From Acidobacteriota bacterium (GTDB taxonomy: Bacteria; Acidobacteriota; Vicinamibacteria; Vicinamibacterales; 2-12-FULL-66-21), in assembly GCA_016184105.1 (NCBI GenBank), contig JACPDI010000027.1:52112-116111 (forward strand): a stretch of DNA of 64,000 nucleotides. The letters run 5' to 3'. Positions 60,519-64,000 of this stretch are shown here, piece by piece (position 1 is the first letter of the stretch; the number at the start of each line of letters is the position of its first letter). Under the pieces are notes generated by a model that searched no databases, was not told the DNA's origin, and saw nothing but the letters and a program-made list of their open reading frames with translations. The translations under genes were made by a program, and so were the position numbers.

Positions 60519-61387
60519 GCGGCCCCCGCTCTTACGGCTGCGAGCCCCACCGCGGCACTGACCGTGTCGAACCGGAATTCCGCCAGCAGGCGGCGCAGGC
60601 GGGACTCGGTCCGGTGAAGGTTTCGATAATGGCGAAGGCGCGACAGCCAGGGCGCCGCGAACCTGGGCTGCGCCGGATCGATCTCCCACGGGTGCACGTA
60701 AAACACGGCGGGCTTCCGCTCGACCAGATTGAGGCGGCGAATGCCGAACGACGTCCAGGCGTACGGCAGCATGCGGAAGTATCCGCCCCCGCCGATGGGA
60801 AGATTGACGGCGCCGCAGCGGATCGTCGACCCGGGCACCTCGAGGAGCGTGCCGCCGGGGCGCCGGACCGTGTGAGGATGCCGCGGCGCCGAGGGCAGGC
60901 CGTAGCGATCGTGATGGATCGGAAACACACTGGCGTCGTAGACGAACCCTTCTTCGATCAGGATGTCCAGCGCCCATAGCGAAGCCGCGGTCACCGAGTA
61001 GCTCGGCGCGCGGTACCCGAGAACCGGCATCGAAGCCGCGGATTCGATCGCGTACCGCGACCGCCGCACGTCCGCGCGGAATTCCTCCGGCGTCATCGCG
61101 TAAATCAGGCGGTGCGAATAACCGTGCGACGCCAGCTCGTGCCCCGCGGCGGCGATGCGGCGGATCAGGGCGGGGAATCGCTCGGCCACCCACCCGAGGA
61201 CGAAGAAGGTCGCGCGCACGCGGTGGTCTGCAAACATCCGCAGCAGCCGATCCGTGTTGGCGCAGACGCGGCTTTCGAGCCGGTCCCACTGGTGCCGGCC
61301 CACCACGTCGTCGAACGCGCTGACCTGGAAGTAGTCCTCGACGTCCACCGTCATGGCGTTGGTCACGCCCGTCGCCTGCGAGTGCAT
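60515..61387 (-). CDS. polysaccharide deacetylase, PEP-CTERM/XrtA-locus subfamily
   Basis: ORF 60515..61387. NAMTVDVEDYFQVSAF..ATFFVLGWVAERFP..GHELASHGYSH. Alternative start ATG 61354 gives the usual N-terminus. Confidence 0.85.
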   Translation of the reverse strand: MHSQATGVTNAMTVDVEDYFQVSAFDDVVGRHQWDRLESRVCANTDRLLRMFADHRVRATFFVLGWVAERFPALIRRIAAAGHELASHGYSHRLIYAMTPEEFRADVRRSRYAIESAASMPVLGYRAPSYSVTAASLWALDILIEEGFVYDASVFPIHHDRYGLPSAPRHPHTVRRPGGTLLEVPGSTIRCGAVNLPIGGGGYFRMLPYAWTSFGIRRLNLVERKPAVFYVHPWEIDPAQPRFAAPWLSRLRHYRNLHRTESRLRRLLAEFRFDTVSAAVGLAAVRAGAA

Positions 61388-61402
61388 TCAAGGCGCCCGG
61401 GC

Positions 61403-61418
61403 TGCGACCTGCATGCCA
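61403..61418 (-). promoter_or_regulatory. internal sigma-54-type -24/-12 candidate: TGGCAT-gcagg-TCGCA
   Basis: Reverse complement of 61403..61418. In the 129-nt gap between the sugar transferase and deacetylase genes. Confidence 0.5.
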
Positions 61419-61498
61419 ACGCGAGCGGCGCAAAAGTGGCGGGTTCGGAGGACTTCGCGGTCACGGCACCCCCTGCGGCACCTCAAGTCCGCGCGCCC

Positions 61499-61515
61499 GC
61501 CGACTTTCGTCTGCC
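61499..61515. promoter_or_regulatory. inverted repeat GGCAGAC-gaaa-GTCGGC (read on the minus strand), candidate activator site
   Basis: Plus strand reads GCCGACTTTCGTCTGCC. The GGCAGAC start is exactly 97 nt upstream of the -24 T at 61418, the same as 20840 to 20937 at the xrtA promoter. Confidence 0.5.
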
Positions 61516-61516
61516 A

Positions 61517-62896
61517 TCAGGCCGCGCCGCGGCGGAGGAGGACGACCTTGACCGTCTTCAGCATGATGAACAGGTCGAGCGCGAGGGAGGTGTTCTTGAT
61601 GTAGTACAGGTCGTACTGGAGTTTCTGCAGCGCGTCCTCGACGCTGGCGCCGTACGAGTACGACACCTGCGCCCACCCCGTCACCCCCGGCTTGACGACG
61701 TGTCGCTGGCCGTAAAACGGGATGTCCCTCGTCAGCGTCCCGACGAACTCGGGCCGCTCGGGGCGCGGGCCGACGAAGCTCATCTCGCCCACGAGCACGT
61801 TCCAGAGCTGCGGCAGTTCGTCCACGCGGGTGAGCCGCATCCACCGGCCCACGCGCGTGACGCGGTCGTCGTCGGGGCGGGCCCAGACGGCCCCCGAGGC
61901 GGCCTCCGCATCCACGCGCATCGAACGGAACTTGTGGACGGTGAACACGACGCCGTTCTGGCCGACGCGCTGCTGATGGTAGAAGACAGGGCCGCGCGAC
62001 GTCGCGCGGATCGCGATGGCCGCGGCCGCCATCAGCGGCAGCGCGAGCAGCAGCCCGAAGAGGGACGCCGCCACGTCGAACGCGCGTTTGAGGTGAAGGA
62101 CCAGGCGCTTGTTGTGGAAGCCGTCGGCAAACAGGAGCCAGCTCGGACGCAGGTTCTCGACCGCGATCTTTCCGGTGTACTTCTCGTAGAGGGACGCGAG
62201 ATGATCGAACGCGACGCCGCGCAGCTTCATGTCGAGCAGGCGGTCCATCGGCAGCCTGCCGCGCGCATCCGCGAGGCTGATGACCACCCGATCGACGACC
62301 GCGTTCCGCACGATGTCCGGGATGTCGTCGATCGTCCCGATGACGCCGGGGTTGAACAGGCGCGTGCCGACCAGGGCGGGGTCGCTGTCGACGAAGCCGA
62401 CGATCTCGACGCCCAGCTCGCGCCGCGAGTGCAGTTCCTTCGCCAGGCTGACCGCGGCGGCGCCGGTGCCCACGAGCAGCACCCGCTCGCGCGGGCGGAC
62501 ACGCCCGACGAGCCACTCGAACGCGAGCCGCCATCCCGTGACGGCGGAAATCACGAACGTCACCGCGATCGCGAAGACGCCGCGCCCGATGATCAGATCG
62601 GGGAACCAGAAGTACAGCGTCGCCAGCACCAGCGACGTGACGCCCAGCGCCTGCACCGTGCGGACAAACAGCTCCCGCCGATCCGAGATGAGACGCAGGT
62701 CGTAGAGGTCCGAGAAGTACAGGCACACCTGGCAGATGAACGCGATCACCAGCCCCTTGGCCAGCGCGTGCTCCTGCAGGATGACGATGCCGGCCCGCGA
62801 GCCCGACCGCACGTAGACCGCCAGGACGATCGCCCCGAGAATGAGCGCGGTCTCGAAGACCACGAGCGCGACAACCCGGGGGTTGGGACGCTGCAC
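61517..62896 (-). CDS. polyprenyl-phosphate glycosyl-1-phosphate transferase (priming sugar transferase, PEP-CTERM-system type)
   Basis: ORF 61517..62983 trimmed to GTG 62896, 1 nt after the upstream stop (SD GAGAGG). N-terminal TM helices, Rossmann-like LLVGTGAAAVSLA, C-terminal bacterial sugar transferase core KFRSM..DELPQLWNVLVGEMSFVGPRP. Confidence 0.85.
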   Translation of the reverse strand: MQRPNPRVVALVVFETALILGAIVLAVYVRSGSRAGIVILQEHALAKGLVIAFICQVCLYFSDLYDLRLISDRRELFVRTVQALGVTSLVLATLYFWFPDLIIGRGVFAIAVTFVISAVTGWRLAFEWLVGRVRPRERVLLVGTGAAAVSLAKELHSRRELGVEIVGFVDSDPALVGTRLFNPGVIGTIDDIPDIVRNAVVDRVVISLADARGRLPMDRLLDMKLRGVAFDHLASLYEKYTGKIAVENLRPSWLLFADGFHNKRLVLHLKRAFDVAASLFGLLLALPLMAAAAIAIRATSRGPVFYHQQRVGQNGVVFTVHKFRSMRVDAEAASGAVWARPDDDRVTRVGRWMRLTRVDELPQLWNVLVGEMSFVGPRPERPEFVGTLTRDIPFYGQRHVVKPGVTGWAQVSYSYGASVEDALQKLQYDLYYIKNTSLALDLFIMLKTVKVVLLRRGAA

Positions 62897-62897
62897 G

Positions 62898-63755
62898 TCA
62901 GCCTCTCGCGAGTCCGCGGCCGGATTGACTGTGCGCGAGGTAACTGGCGTAGTAGGACGCCCGGGGCGCCGCCTCCGCCGCACGGTTCAGGACGACGCCC
63001 ACGATCCGCCCGCGCCCCACGGTATCGATGGTGCGGCGGACGAGCGTGTAGGGCGTCGCCGCCGCCTGCACGACGAGCACGATCCCGTCGACCATCGCCG
63101 CGAGCAGCGCCGCATCCGTGATGAGCGTCACCGGCGGCGTGTCGATGATCACCCATTCGAACGTCTCCCGCGCTTCGTCGATGACCGTGCGCATGCGGCC
63201 CGACGTGAGCGCGCTCATCGGATCGGGGTTCGGGGCGCCGGCCGCGAGCAGGGACAGCATCGGCGAGATCGGCGTGATCGTCAGCTTCTGCTCGGTGTCG
63301 CTGTTCAGCCCTTCGCTCAGGCCCGCCACGTTGGGCAGCGCGAACAGCTCGTGCAGCGTCGGCCGGCGCAAGTCGGCGTCGATCAGCAGCACCCGCCGCC
63401 GGTAGGACTCACTGAGCGTGAGCGCCAGGTTGGTCGCCGTCAGCGTCTTCCCCTCGCCGGGCTGGGCGCTGGCCACCATCAGGACCCGCGTGCCCTTCTG
63501 GGTCTGGGCGTGGTGGAGCGTCGCGCCAAGCCGGCGGAACTGCTCCAGGGAGGCGCTGGGGATCCTGGAGGAGATCACCACCTTGTCGAGGAGCGGGTCG
63601 GCAAGGCGGGACAGAAGCTGCCCCGCTCCCGCCTCCAGCGGGGGCGGTGGCGGCGGCGCGACGCGCTCGAAATTCCAGGGCGGCGGCTCGGCGCCGCCGG
63701 GAGGCGGCGCGGGCGGGCGGCCCGCGCGGGTCAATGCGTCCTCGATTCGGCTCAT
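62898..63755 (-). CDS. chain-length-determinant protein tyrosine kinase (EpsG/CpsD-like BY-kinase)
   Basis: ORF 62898..63755. MSRIEDALTRAG.., Walker A SAQPGEGKT, Walker A' LLIDADLRRP, Walker B VIIDTPP, C-terminal Tyr cluster SYYASYLAHS. Confidence 0.85.
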   Translation of the reverse strand: MSRIEDALTRAGRPPAPPPGGAEPPPWNFERVAPPPPPPLEAGAGQLLSRLADPLLDKVVISSRIPSASLEQFRRLGATLHHAQTQKGTRVLMVASAQPGEGKTLTATNLALTLSESYRRRVLLIDADLRRPTLHELFALPNVAGLSEGLNSDTEQKLTITPISPMLSLLAAGAPNPDPMSALTSGRMRTVIDEARETFEWVIIDTPPVTLITDAALLAAMVDGIVLVVQAAATPYTLVRRTIDTVGRGRIVGVVLNRAAEAAPRASYYASYLAHSQSGRGLARG

Positions 63756-63762
63756 GGCAGTC

Positions 63763-64000
63763 TCAGAAGAAGGTAAAGCGCCGGCGCGTCGTGAAGTGCG
63801 CGAACAGTTCCGTCGTCGGCCGGGATTCTCCGGCGGCGACCGCCGCGGGGGCGGACGCCGCGCGCGCGCCCCCTGGAAAATCGAGGTCGCGGCAGACCTC
63901 CAGCACGATCTCCTTGCCGACGGGCCGCTGGTCCGCGGCGAACCCGGAGATGAGCGCGCTGTCGCAGATGACGCTGATGGTCCTGGGAATCCCGCGCGAG
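63763..64000 (-). CDS. ExeA/GspA-like AAA ATPase (PEP-CTERM-locus secretion ATPase type), C-terminal fragment; 5' end off the window
   Basis: Not in the ORF track. My translation of the minus strand ends ..GIPRTISVICDSALISGFAADQRPVGKEIVLEVCRDLDF..FTTRRRFTFF, with stop TGA at 63765..63763. The GIPRxIxxxCD motif is typical of ExeA-like ATPases. Confidence 0.6.
   Translation of the reverse strand, partial: SRGIPRTISVICDSALISGFAADQRPVGKEIVLEVCRDLDFPGGARAASAPAAVAAGESRPTTELFAHFTTRRRFTFF

Noticed and set aside
59182-61433. Long N-terminal extensions of ORFs 58141..60468 and 59178..61433
   Set aside because: The extensions run through neighbouring real genes (ugd, deacetylase) in other frames. Canonical N-termini (MKVTPEQL.., MNVGVIGAGYVG..) sit at internal ATGs that form ATGA overlaps with upstream stops.

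Overview
Very GC-rich bacterial chromosomal window. Every frame carries long Arg/Ala/Pro/Gly-rich shadow ORFs, so many long ORFs in the track are artefacts (for example the 1516-aa ORF at 46464..51014). After frame-by-frame triage I call about 50 genes, most start codons re-trimmed by hand. Almost the whole window is one very large PEP-CTERM/exosortase (XrtA-type) exopolysaccharide (EPS) locus. From left to right: (a) regulators: a receiver-less sigma-54 activator, a pseudo-receiver LuxR regulator, a GAF-GGDEF cyclase and a pseudo-receiver-PilZ protein; (b) a TIGR03790-like/TPR protein, one PEP-CTERM substrate and a PrsT-like TPR lipoprotein split into two ORFs; (c) a block of secreted proteins, including two paralogous beta-propeller/Cys-Asp-repeat proteins and a CARDB protein; (d) an operon of xrtA, epsI, ABC-2 exporter, sulfotransferase and PAPS synthase; (e) a convergent operon of glycosyltransferases, AsnB, a sulfotransferase and a methyltransferase; (f) a roughly 14.6-kb operon starting with a GT-C/HAD/UbiA module and ending with a DASS anion transporter and an 848-aa unknown protein; (g) a Wzy/O-antigen-ligase-like gene and a fourth sulfotransferase; (h) the classical XrtA core: ExeA-like ATPase, EpsG-like tyrosine kinase, priming sugar transferase, deacetylases, ugd, two carbamoyltransferases and FemAB. 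I saw no rRNA, tRNA, CRISPR, IS/transposase or phage genes. Most notable observations: (1) a complete sulfation toolkit (fused ATP sulfurylase/APS kinase, four divergent sulfotransferases, DASS transporter) wired into an exosortase EPS locus; (2) sigma-54-type -24/-12 elements in front of essentially every transcription unit, with shared upstream GGCAGAC-containing elements at fixed distance, next to a receiver-less activator; (3) a GT-C/phosphatase/UbiA module suggesting a polyprenyl-phosphate-linked pentose donor; (4) paralogous secreted Cys/Asp-repeat proteins, one with a near-perfect 3 x 60 bp tandem repeat. The taxon cannot be determined from the sequence alone; the gene content is reminiscent of Acidobacteriota-like soil bacteria, which is a guess. 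All family names are from motif recognition by eye, not from database searches.
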